This document shows positions 52,243-61,169 of a stretch of DNA of 64,000 nt, in pieces. The translations under genes and the position numbers were made by a program. The number at the start of each line of letters is the position of its first letter. The stretch's first letter is position 1. Under the pieces are notes generated by a model, which was not told the origin of the DNA, searched no databases, and saw only the letters and a list, made by a program, of their open reading frames with translations. The DNA is from a virus (Duplodnaviria > Caudoviricetes). The DNA is taken from IMG/VR virus record IMGVR_UViG_3300029288_007060, positions 94,008-158,007 of that record; one strand, 5' to 3'.

Positions 52243-53153
52243 GACAAACCTCCACATTGGGCTATGAATTTTTTAATTGAGTGATGGTCAAACCCATATT
52301 CTCTTCCAATCGCAGAATAACTTTGCCCATCATTATACATTTTTAATATTTTTTCTACACAGATATCCAAAATTTTTATCGTGTGTGGTTCATCTGGGCA
52401 ATCAATTATATGCCATTTGTACATCAAACAATTGCACGGGCACCCGATAATTTTTGTTATAAGTTTTTTATAATATTTTCTTGGTATATAAATTCTGGGA
52501 TAATCCCTATCTCTCTGAATCCAACAGACATGATATATACCAACAAATTCATCTAATTTCTTGCAAAGATATTCTGCATCTTTAAAAGAAAAAGCGTTTG
52601 TGGAAAGTCTCATTGCCCCAGATTTATTTAAAGTTCCATCATCCATAATCCAAAAAGTAATCGATTCCGGCGACAATTCTAAATTTTTTGGGACAATTTT
52701 CTTTTTATCTAGATACCAAAGATTGTATAATTCAGCAAACTGAGTTGTACTTTCTGTGAATAACCTATAACTGTCTGTTTTAAATTTTTTATCAATTGAG
52801 TGATATTTTCTACAATGTACGTGCTCTTTTTCAAACAAATCTATAATATAATCCACGTACTCTTCATGTTTTTGAGCAAAACAAAAATATGCTTGGTTGC
52901 CAGTATAATGCAAACCACCATCTCCCAAAAGCCACCCATTTATACAATTTAATAATTTGTATGAAAGTGGCTTGTCATTATTAAATCTTAAAATATTATT
53001 TTCCCTACTGGTGCGCATTTTAATTCCGTTGCGTTTTAAGACATTATAAATTGGAGTGCGGCTAACACCAAATTGCTCTGCCAATTGGTAAGCCGAAACT
53101 CCCAACAAATAACTCTCAATTATCGCTTGTTCTTTCCCGGACAACTTTTCCAT
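52236..53153 (-). mobile_element. Free-standing LAGLIDADG homing endonuclease (LLGDG / W-x-MDDG type) with HTH ends
   Basis: INGWLLGDGGL and FWIMDDG, LSTNAFS; ATG 53153 with GGGAG RBS. Confidence 0.85.
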
Positions 53154-53176
53154 TCTTGCTCCCAATATAGAAAACA

Positions 53177-53191
53177 AATATTGATATATTT
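53177..53191 (-). promoter_or_regulatory. Putative late promoter (variant)
   Basis: AAATATATCAATATT, overlapping the upstream stop codon. Confidence 0.5.
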
Positions 53192-53543
53192 ACTTATCCA
53201 AATTTTGATTCAAAACTTGTAGAGCATCATCAATAAGATTAGAAGCGTCTGTGGCGCCTGCATCATCTAATTCATTGGCCAATTTAACCAAGTCATTAAT
53301 AATACCAAACATAACCGCGGACTTCTTCTTTTTCTTATCTTTTTTCTCGTCTTTCTTTTCTTCCTTCTCCTCTTCTTTGTCTTCCTTTTTCTCTTCTTTC
53401 TTTTCGTCCTTATCCTCATCCTTCTCGTCTTTCTTTTCTTCCTTCTTCTCTTCTTTGTCTTCCTTCTTTGCAGCAGTCTTAACCATATCTACATCAAGAA
53501 GTTTGGCAAGATTCCTCATCATTTCATTACCGGATTGTGACAT
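53190..53543 (-). CDS. Small charged head-core protein (K/E/D low complexity plus C-terminal tag)
   Basis: VKTAA, then ~50 aa of K/E/D, then LVKLANELDDAGATDASNLIDD. Confidence 0.6.
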   Translation of the reverse strand: MSQSGNEMMRNLAKLLDVDMVKTAAKKEDKEEKKEEKKDEKDEDKDEKKEEKKEDKEEEKEEKKDEKKDKKKKKSAVMFGIINDLVKLANELDDAGATDASNLIDDALQVLNQNLDK

Positions 53544-53553
53544 TGTATTCTCC

Positions 53554-54315
53554 TTATAATTTGGTCTTATATTTTAATTTCACAGGTTCAGATTTACCCA
53601 ACTCCTGTTTCTGTTTAAGAACTCTTTTAGCTTCTTCATCGAATTGTTTTGTGGTTACTGGTTTCCCTTCTATATACAGCCAATAAAATTCGGGGTCAGT
53701 AACAGCTATTCTTCCGGCCAGGTGACGCATTTTGTTAAATATGTTGTTTAAAAAAACGTCTCCCTTAGATTCTGGGTCATGTGCCGACCGGGATATTTGT
53801 TTGTCCAACACTGCCTTCCAAAGCTCCGTGTTTAAATCGGTCAATTCATCGAATCTGTATATTTCTTTCATTAGGGCAATCATGGGGTCTTTGCTTATTA
53901 ATGCCTTGGCAGCGGGATATAGCCATGGTTTAAGTTCTATTCTACGGTGTAAATCCCAGGCAAAATAATCTTCTGGTGATTTCTCCACTAACTCGTTCAT
54001 GGTATTTTTTACAAGTGTTTGGTTCTCAGGCTGTCTTATCCATCCACGATACGGTTGTTTTGTTCCTCTTAAAAACTCTTGAGTATGATACTTTGCGGCC
54101 CACTCCGCTGTGCCTTGTTTGGGCTCAACGTCTCTATTGGAAATAGGCTTCTCTTTTATCTCTAGCGGCACAGGAACAGTTTGAGATAAATCAGTCGATT
54201 TTTCTGGAGGCATCACTTCTAATTCTTCTGTCTTCGGTGGCACAGGAATATCTATTGCAAGCTTATCCAATAAGGCAGCAAATTTAAAAAGTATTTCGTC
54301 TTTTATACCAATCAT
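53554..54315 (-). CDS. Hypothetical head-region protein
   Basis: N-terminus DEILFKFAALLDKLA resembles DEILLKYASLM...IKLA of 48616-50262. Confidence 0.55.
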   Translation of the reverse strand: MIGIKDEILFKFAALLDKLAIDIPVPPKTEELEVMPPEKSTDLSQTVPVPLEIKEKPISNRDVEPKQGTAEWAAKYHTQEFLRGTKQPYRGWIRQPENQTLVKNTMNELVEKSPEDYFAWDLHRRIELKPWLYPAAKALISKDPMIALMKEIYRFDELTDLNTELWKAVLDKQISRSAHDPESKGDVFLNNIFNKMRHLAGRIAVTDPEFYWLYIEGKPVTTKQFDEEAKRVLKQKQELGKSEPVKLKYKTKL

Positions 54316-54323
54316 TTAAAGCC

Positions 54324-54467
54324 TCAATTAGACTCACTATCATTTTTTTGAAACCAGGATTCGTAATATACTTCTAAAAATCCTAATATTTCTTCTTCAG
54401 TTAATTCCATTTTCTTTAAGTCTTCAATTTCAACATATAATTCAAGCGCGTCCATCAAGTTTTTCAT
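54324..54467 (-). CDS. Possible small acidic protein
   Basis: MKNLMDALELY... fills the gap; weak RBS. Confidence 0.3.
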   Translation of the reverse strand: MKNLMDALELYVEIEDLKKMELTEEEILGFLEVYYESWFQKNDSESN

Positions 54468-54486
54468 ATGCAACTCATAAGGAGGC

Positions 54487-54513
54487 GGGAAGGACGCTCG
54501 AGGCATCCTTCCC
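54487..54513 (-). terminator. GC-rich hairpin after protease-scaffold gene, no U-tract
   Basis: GGGAAGGATGC-CTCGA-GCGTCCTTCCC. Confidence 0.5.
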
Positions 54514-54548
54514 TGTTATTTTATATGAACTCCAAGAACCTTATACTA

Positions 54549-57500
54549 TTACTTCCAGCCCAAAGTATTAAGACCGTCTAACATAGATACTTCTTGGGTT
54601 GGTTCAGCAGATGCAGTAACATTCAATGATTCTGCTGCGGCATCAAGACCCACTCTTGGTATTGAACCACTATTTTTCTTTTCTACTGCATTTATACTTG
54701 CAACAATGCGCTTGGTTGATTCGAAAGCTGCATCGTCAAACTGCATAACTTCGTCAACATAGTTGTCTAAAGATGCGCGGGTAGAGTGTATAATGCCCTT
54801 CTCTTGTGCTTGTAAACCAAGGTCATAAGCTCTGCGCAATTTAATCTTATAAGCGCCATCGCTGGCTTCTTTCTTTTTAGAAGCAAACTCTTTGCTCAAA
54901 TCAGCACCAAAACTTCCAGCGCCAGGAGCCTGACTAAAGAATTTCTTCCAATAGCTAACGGTTTCTGAATCAACTTTGCCTTCAGCAACCAATTTATCCA
55001 TATCCTCTGCTTTAATTGAGCCTTCAACAATCTTTTCTTGAAGGATTGCAGCAGCTTCACGCACATTGCGTGGGCCAGATTCTGCCACATCACGCATTAC
55101 TTCGTGAATCTCTTCAATTGTCTCTACCTTAGCTTCTGGGGTCTTGGTTCCAGTAAGCTCGGTGGTAGTGCCACCTTTTGGATGTGCTTGGAAGAAAGTT
55201 GGTTCTGTAGCATTCTCTGCGGTATCCAAAGTTAGGGGCTTATCATGAATGGTAGGATATTGCAATTTATTAGCTGCCGCGGCAACTAACTTTTCTCGGT
55301 TACTCTTACGAGCAGCACAAGTCTCAATTGCATCTTCTTCCACCATCATAGAATCGTCGGCCTTCATGCATTTGCATTCTTTGTCTTTTGCGCCGTGACA
55401 AACAGAACAAGTCTCTTGGGCAGCATCTTCTGCAACGGCCAGCATAGCAGCCCGATTTTCGGCACGAACTTTCAATGCCTTATCCAAAAGCTCTTGGGCT
55501 TTCTTTTCTTTGTCCTCTTTTTTGTCTTCTTTCTTATCTTCCTTATCTTCTTTCTTTTCTTTCTTCTTTTTCTTAGCATCGACAACTAAACTGGCCTGGG
55601 CCATAATAGTTTCGCTGTCTTGTAATACTTGACTAACGACCTCAAGCATCTTATCATCAGCGGATTTTTCTAAGGCTTCACTGGCAAGAGCCAATTCGTC
55701 AGCCGATTCATCCATCAATGATAGAACAGAGGCGGTCAATTCGTCTAATTTGCCGGGTTCTTTCTTAGAGACATCGACATCAATGTCAACAAGTCCCTTG
55801 CCGCCAGACAATTCACGAATTTCCTCAATCTTCTCTTCAACAGCATTCAAAGCTGCATTAATCTTATCTTGAGCCTTATCTTTCTTGTCATCCTTAGGCT
55901 CTTCTGCAGGAGCTGGGGCTGGAGCCGCAGCATCAGGAGCTGGAGCCGGGGCTGCTGGAGCCGGAGGCATGTCAACTGCTGGGACTGCATCTGCGCCCTT
56001 TAGTAAATAAGCAACGCGGTCAAAACCCTCGTTGCGAATATGGGCCATAACATCCTTGCCATATTCTTTTGAATTGAGATAATCCCAATTGGTGTCCAAT
56101 TCGTCACCATAGATTTCAGAACCAGTGGCAGAAAGAATCATCTTATCGCCAGCAAAAATGTCCCAATGAGAGGCGTCTTTGCGAATCCCGCCCTTATCAT
56201 CGGCAACTTTGGTAAACACTGCGCGCAATTTGGCACGCAACATCTTTTCTTTAACCGGCTTGTCAGCAGGAACCATACCATCAGTTCCGCCCATTTCATA
56301 AAGGCCAGTCATTTGCTTGTCTTCGGTATCACGGATTTTGTCCGCGTCTTCTTTCGGATACTTTTCTTTGCCTGGAGTTGGTTCATTTAAGCCACCGCCG
56401 CCGAGCCAATAAGCCCTGCGCTTCATCTTTCTTTCTTCCAATTCAGATTTCTTAAGATTTAGACCATCGCGGCCAATTTCCTTAAGTTTCTGCTCGTCAC
56501 CAGGGAACAATCCATCCGATCCTGTCTCAAGTGGTTCACCCACCATTTGCTTGTCTTCACTATCACGAATCTTTTGATAATCACCCATTTCTGGATATTT
56601 TTCTTTGCCGGGAGTAGGTTCATTAACGCCCCCACCACCAAGCCAATAAGCTCTGCGTGCTTTTGCGCGTGCCCGTAATCTAGCTGAGTTCATATTATTT
56701 TCCTCCTTAGAAAATGTTTCTTTCAGTTCTTTGATTGAGTCTTGTACAGACTCGATTTTGGATCGAAGGAGACTAATTTCTTCTAAAGTTCCCTGTTTCA
56801 TGTTGTCTCCTTCTTTATTTGCATATCTGCTTGATGGATTTAATGATCCAGGAGCAGGTTGTGCTGTGTCTTGGTCACTCATTGTACTCATGCTTGGTCC
56901 ACCACCCATAGTGGCCTGCGGCCATACTTTGAGGTCTTCATCTTGTTCTTGTACTGGTTCTTTCACTTTATCTGAAAGCTCATCGATAAATCCATCGATT
57001 TTTTCTTTGAGCATCTTTTGTCTTTCTGGGTCGTCTTCTCTATCTATCTGATCTTGTAGTACTTGGATTGCTTTACCAACTTCACCTAAGTCAGACGCGG
57101 TTTTGTCACCAGCAGTTTTCTGTAGGCTCATTAGGTTATTAAGCTTCGCCTGAATCTCGTTAACTGAGTCGGCCAAAGATTGAAGTTCTGTAGGATTAAC
57201 GCAACGGTCATTAACCAATTGGTTTATCCTTTCTTGTTTCTTTTCAACATAATTATTTACAGAGGCAATAATGTTATGAATTTTCGCCAACTGATCGGCA
57301 CCATTAACAACCAGGCTGATTTCAATAGGACTAAGGTCTAAATTAATTTCGCCGTAATTGCTGCGAGATTTAATGCATTTACAATAATCCTTTTCGGTGG
57401 TAGCAACATTGCCACATTCGGTACACACAGCCCTTCCAACCGCCGTGCCCATACTGACTGAGTTGGAGTATCCTGTTTCAACCTTTCGAGCCAAATCAGA

Positions 57501-58019
57501 GTAGTTTTTTCTATCGAGAGCACATAATGCATGTACTCTTTTGAATTTTTTGTCATAAAACGTATCAACGATTATACCACGTATACCGTCAACCGAATCA
57601 GATTTGTGGTCTTTACAAACTGGGCGCCCTTGCCATTTTTTATGAGCCTTAATAAGCTCAGCCTCACCAAAAATATCCCCGTTTAAGTTCTTGTAAGGCT
57701 TAATTCCGTCTTTGCTAATCCACTTGATAGACTCTTTGCCCTTTACTCTTATTGGTTCAAAATGCCCCTCAATAGGTTCACCTTTTGCGTTTAGAATTGG
57801 CTTTCCAGTCTTTTGATCTATTAATGCGCTCTCGGCCGCATGCATCATTATAGTATGGAAATAAAGGAAATCTTTAGCCTTTGGAGCAATCCGCTTTAAT
57901 TTTTTGGCCAGTTTAATAAATTGTTCAGTAATTTCTTGTGTTGCCAGCGCCTGTTTTGGCGACAGTAGACTTTTTTCAGCATCAAAATTTAAATTTTCGC
58001 CAATCTTGTTAAACGACAT
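54549..58019 (-). CDS. Prohead maturation protease fused to scaffold (1156 aa)
   Basis: N-terminal NLNGDIF...PVCKDH...GIIVD...SVSMG + CTEC/CKC insert + EISLVVNGAD, an HK97/assemblin-like protease pattern; long charged helical C-terminal region. Confidence 0.8.
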   Translation of the reverse strand: MSFNKIGENLNFDAEKSLLSPKQALATQEITEQFIKLAKKLKRIAPKAKDFLYFHTIMMHAAESALIDQKTGKPILNAKGEPIEGHFEPIRVKGKESIKWISKDGIKPYKNLNGDIFGEAELIKAHKKWQGRPVCKDHKSDSVDGIRGIIVDTFYDKKFKRVHALCALDRKNYSDLARKVETGYSNSVSMGTAVGRAVCTECGNVATTEKDYCKCIKSRSNYGEINLDLSPIEISLVVNGADQLAKIHNIIASVNNYVEKKQERINQLVNDRCVNPTELQSLADSVNEIQAKLNNLMSLQKTAGDKTASDLGEVGKAIQVLQDQIDREDDPERQKMLKEKIDGFIDELSDKVKEPVQEQDEDLKVWPQATMGGGPSMSTMSDQDTAQPAPGSLNPSSRYANKEGDNMKQGTLEEISLLRSKIESVQDSIKELKETFSKEENNMNSARLRARAKARRAYWLGGGGVNEPTPGKEKYPEMGDYQKIRDSEDKQMVGEPLETGSDGLFPGDEQKLKEIGRDGLNLKKSELEERKMKRRAYWLGGGGLNEPTPGKEKYPKEDADKIRDTEDKQMTGLYEMGGTDGMVPADKPVKEKMLRAKLRAVFTKVADDKGGIRKDASHWDIFAGDKMILSATGSEIYGDELDTNWDYLNSKEYGKDVMAHIRNEGFDRVAYLLKGADAVPAVDMPPAPAAPAPAPDAAAPAPAPAEEPKDDKKDKAQDKINAALNAVEEKIEEIRELSGGKGLVDIDVDVSKKEPGKLDELTASVLSLMDESADELALASEALEKSADDKMLEVVSQVLQDSETIMAQASLVVDAKKKKKEKKEDKEDKKEDKKEDKEKKAQELLDKALKVRAENRAAMLAVAEDAAQETCSVCHGAKDKECKCMKADDSMMVEEDAIETCAARKSNREKLVAAAANKLQYPTIHDKPLTLDTAENATEPTFFQAHPKGGTTTELTGTKTPEAKVETIEEIHEVMRDVAESGPRNVREAAAILQEKIVEGSIKAEDMDKLVAEGKVDSETVSYWKKFFSQAPGAGSFGADLSKEFASKKKEASDGAYKIKLRRAYDLGLQAQEKGIIHSTRASLDNYVDEVMQFDDAAFESTKRIVASINAVEKKNSGSIPRVGLDAAAESLNVTASAEPTQEVSMLDGLNTLGWK

Positions 58020-58092
58020 CTGTCATCTCCTCGATAATTTTTGAACTCTCGGCCCACTTTGTAATATCTTCTATCGTATACTTTGCTATATA

Positions 58093-59475
58093 CTACTCTT
58101 CCTTCCATTCTCCGCCTGTTACGTTTGTAATTGCTATTCCATTAGGACTCATACGACCAACAGAATTCGCATCGTTGGCCTCATCACTCTCTTCCTTCCA
58201 AAAATTGGCCAAATCTTTTTCATCTAATTTGTCGTGACAATAACAATCACCGGCACAATCTTCGGCACATTGTTCACAGTGTTCTAATTCTTCTTTTGGT
58301 CCCGAATCCTTTGCGTCATAGTCTTCATACTTAGTTGACGGAGGCATTTCTATCTCGAGGCCAGAACCATCACAATGCCCGCAGGCATCTCCGTGCGGTC
58401 CACTATGCCCTTTTCCTTTACAGTATCTGCAAAGATTTTCTTTCTCTGTCTCGGCTTCTGATTTTGTATCTTTCTTACTTTGTGAGTCAAAAAAATCTTC
58501 GGCAGATTGTATAGGCGAACCTTGTGGAATCGCCCCAACAAAAGATTCTATTCCATCTTTTCCGGGTCTACGGCCAGCAGTCATCTCATAAAATTTCTTA
58601 GTGGCTATATTCAATCGCTCTTCGTTCTTAGACATATCTATCATAATTCTGTCCAAGTCCAAATGCTCTACCGTATTGTCGATATCAAAATATCGCAAGC
58701 GTTTAAAGAACTCTTGTAGGAGGGTAATTGATTCTTTGATTTCATTATCAGCTTTGTGTAAGAACAATAGAAGATTCTTTTTGGTTCCATCATCGAGATG
58801 TTTTAGTGGAGCTTTTGGACGGGCGGCTTCAGAAATCAAAGATGCTTCGGAGTCTGAAGCTACAGGTTTAAATTCTTTATCTCCAATTCCTAAAATATCT
58901 AAAGCACTTTTGAAATCGCCGTTCTCTACAAGTATTTGTAACGCTGCGACCAATTGTGTTCCTATTTGAGATTCCAAATTATGAGTGAACTCTGGTTTCG
59001 ATAACGTTTCTTGAACACGAAACCCGTCATTATCTCTAATGGCCATTTTTAATTGGCCTCGCATTATTCTCATTTCAGGGGTGAGTTTTGAAGGATCAAG
59101 CGCCGCCGTCTTAATTGACTTAAACCGCTTGTCCATTTTTGGATATAGTCCTTTGCCACCAGAAAGCAAAATGGTGTTATTTAGTCCAACGGTCATAGTG
59201 CCATCAGGATGTTTTGTGACTTCAAAAGCACGGCCAAGACTCGCTAAAATCTTAGCAACTCTCTCGGACTTGCCTTTTTCAGTCAGCATGTCTAATTCGT
59301 CTGAAGATATTTTTATAGATTGAACTGGAGGCATTCCCATTGGAACAGATTTAGGAATCATGTCTTTGATTGTTTTGTCAATTTCTGCAGCAAGTGCAGA
59401 CTTACCTTCTTGGTCTAACTTGTCAGCCATTTTAATTAATTGGTCTATATATTCTTTTTTAGATATAGGCATCAC
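58093..59475 (-). CDS. Tagged head-region protein with DnaJ-type CxxCxGxG zinc finger
   Basis: N-terminal LIKMADKLDQEGKSALAAEID; CRYCKGKG...CGHCDGSG; CEQCAEDCAGDCYCH. Confidence 0.6.
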   Translation of the reverse strand: MMPISKKEYIDQLIKMADKLDQEGKSALAAEIDKTIKDMIPKSVPMGMPPVQSIKISSDELDMLTEKGKSERVAKILASLGRAFEVTKHPDGTMTVGLNNTILLSGGKGLYPKMDKRFKSIKTAALDPSKLTPEMRIMRGQLKMAIRDNDGFRVQETLSKPEFTHNLESQIGTQLVAALQILVENGDFKSALDILGIGDKEFKPVASDSEASLISEAARPKAPLKHLDDGTKKNLLLFLHKADNEIKESITLLQEFFKRLRYFDIDNTVEHLDLDRIMIDMSKNEERLNIATKKFYEMTAGRRPGKDGIESFVGAIPQGSPIQSAEDFFDSQSKKDTKSEAETEKENLCRYCKGKGHSGPHGDACGHCDGSGLEIEMPPSTKYEDYDAKDSGPKEELEHCEQCAEDCAGDCYCHDKLDEKDLANFWKEESDEANDANSVGRMSPNGIAITNVTGGEWKEE

Positions 59476-59482
59476 CTAACTC

Positions 59483-59656
59483 CTAATTCAATTCTTCTGA
59501 TTTTTCTATTTCGCAATCACAAACGAGCTCATTTTCTTCGTCCGTAATAGAAATGGCTTTAAGTTTTTTCCCACACTCTGGACAATAACATTCTTTTCCA
59601 TTATCATCAAAATAATCCAAAATCGGTATTTCGTCTCCAATTTTAATGAATGACAT
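59483..59656 (-). CDS. 57-aa zinc-ribbon protein; not in the supplied ORF track
   Basis: AGGAG RBS; MSFIKIGDEIPILDYFDDNGKECYCPECGKKL...LVCDCEIEKSEELN*; fills the gap between neighbours. Confidence 0.75.
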   Translation of the reverse strand: MSFIKIGDEIPILDYFDDNGKECYCPECGKKLKAISITDEENELVCDCEIEKSEELN

Positions 59657-59657
59657 A

Positions 59658-60245
59658 CTATCTCCTGGCCAATATCTTTAATATACGACTTCCTCTTCGA
59701 ATATTAAATCTTAGTTCGCTAATCTTTGTCTTTCCCAAAATGTCTTGGTTTATATGCGCAAACAATTGATTGTCTACGACATCCTTAATCGATTTGTTGC
59801 GTTTTTCAATTTGAAAACAAACACGCTCAAGAGTCTGAGTAAATCCTTCTTTGTCTGGCTCTTTCAATAAGTCTAACACGGCTTCTGCACCATCGGACAA
59901 CTCACCAACCTCGGCCAATAGAATCTCTTTTAATCTCATCATATTGGGGTCAGTTATTCCTGAAAGTTGTTCTATTCCTGATTTGGTTGAAAGCAAAAAA
60001 TCGTTAAATGACTCTTTAATTTTTCTACCGTATCTCAAAAGACGGCCTTTATATTTTCCAGCCAAATCGCCTTTTGATGGTCTTTGTTGAGTAATGGCGT
60101 CTTTTAAATCCAATATAACTTTAACCGACTTATCTAATTTCTTTAAGATTTCCTTAAAATTCTCTTTAACTTCCTTAGCTGTAGAGCGTTCGGAGTCCGT
60201 AATAGTCAAATTGGATGGTTGTCCATAAATAGCATTTTTGTTCAT
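59658..60245 (-). CDS. Hypothetical helical protein
   Basis: First gene after a late motif; ATG 60245 with GGAGA (60281 is an alternative start). Confidence 0.6.
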   Translation of the reverse strand: MNKNAIYGQPSNLTITDSERSTAKEVKENFKEILKKLDKSVKVILDLKDAITQQRPSKGDLAGKYKGRLLRYGRKIKESFNDFLLSTKSGIEQLSGITDPNMMRLKEILLAEVGELSDGAEAVLDLLKEPDKEGFTQTLERVCFQIEKRNKSIKDVVDNQLFAHINQDILGKTKISELRFNIRRGSRILKILARR

Positions 60246-60294
60246 TATAGACAAGTCTCCATTTTGCACACCATTACGCATACTTATAAAATAA

Positions 60295-60309
60295 AATATT
60301 GATAGATTT
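60295..60309 (-). promoter_or_regulatory. Putative late promoter for the protease-scaffold unit
   Basis: AAATCTATCAATATT. Confidence 0.7.
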
Positions 60310-60389
60310 TTTATATTTTTATACTAAGTTTAATTCCTTTTGTGATTAAAAGTAATATGTGTAAGTGATTGAAATTGTAAGATTCTTTA

Positions 60390-61169
60390 TTAAGCTGGTC
60401 CATATGCACCTTCTAAATCGCCATATCCGCGATACATATACGCGTCACTCAGACCCTGAAAAGAACCGCAGTTGCTATTGTCTGTCACACTATTACCATC
60501 TCTGCCGTTAGAACGAGCTACAGCCTCATTTCCTTGTTTTTCTTTTTCAGCAGGATCCATCTTTTGAGTTTTCTTATTTTTTCTGTCTTCTTCTAAATTA
60601 TGTATTATTTTAACCAATTCTTCATCAATAGCGTCTGCCTCATCAAATAGGCCCTTTTCATCTAATTCGTTGGCCAATTTTACTAATTTCTTTAATATTT
60701 CGCGCCCCACAAGAGAAGGGCTATCAACACTGAAAAGGCTCGGCGAACTGCCAGCACTGCCATCATACACTGGGCCACAGCCTGGTTCGCCACGAGGACC
60801 ACCCACATTCGTTTGATTGTCAGTATTTACAAACATATCAACAATATAATCTTCATCGTCTGAATCTAAACTTCCGTCTATAGAATCCATCGCAGCATAA
60901 ATTTTGTCTGATGGTTCTTTAAATCCTATTTCGTCCAAAAAAGTAGCTATATTAGAAAGCCTATTTAAAGTCTTGGTATGGAAATCGTCTACTTCGCCAT
61001 CTTCATTGTGCGCTTTAAAAAAGTGCACATCTGCTTCATGTTTTTTCGCAGCAGACAAAGAATCAAAAGTGCCTAAATTTCTACGCTTCCCATCAGGCCC
61101 TTTCTTTTTAGAATAAAGGCGATATTTTCCCGATGGAAGTTTTTTAAGGATACTGGTTTTGATTAGCAT
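60390..61169 (-). CDS. Tagged head-region protein with basic N-terminal mini-domain
   Basis: GKYRLYSKK...RRNLGTFDSLSAAKKHE; two tag copies. Confidence 0.6.
   Translation of the reverse strand: MLIKTSILKKLPSGKYRLYSKKKGPDGKRRNLGTFDSLSAAKKHEADVHFFKAHNEDGEVDDFHTKTLNRLSNIATFLDEIGFKEPSDKIYAAMDSIDGSLDSDDEDYIVDMFVNTDNQTNVGGPRGEPGCGPVYDGSAGSSPSLFSVDSPSLVGREILKKLVKLANELDEKGLFDEADAIDEELVKIIHNLEEDRKNKKTQKMDPAEKEKQGNEAVARSNGRDGNSVTDNSNCGSFQGLSDAYMYRGYGDLEGAYGPA

Noticed and set aside
28422-53153. Group I introns or inteins housing the endonucleases
   Set aside because: Flanking genes look complete, each endonuclease has its own start and promoter motif, and there is no room for an intron core.
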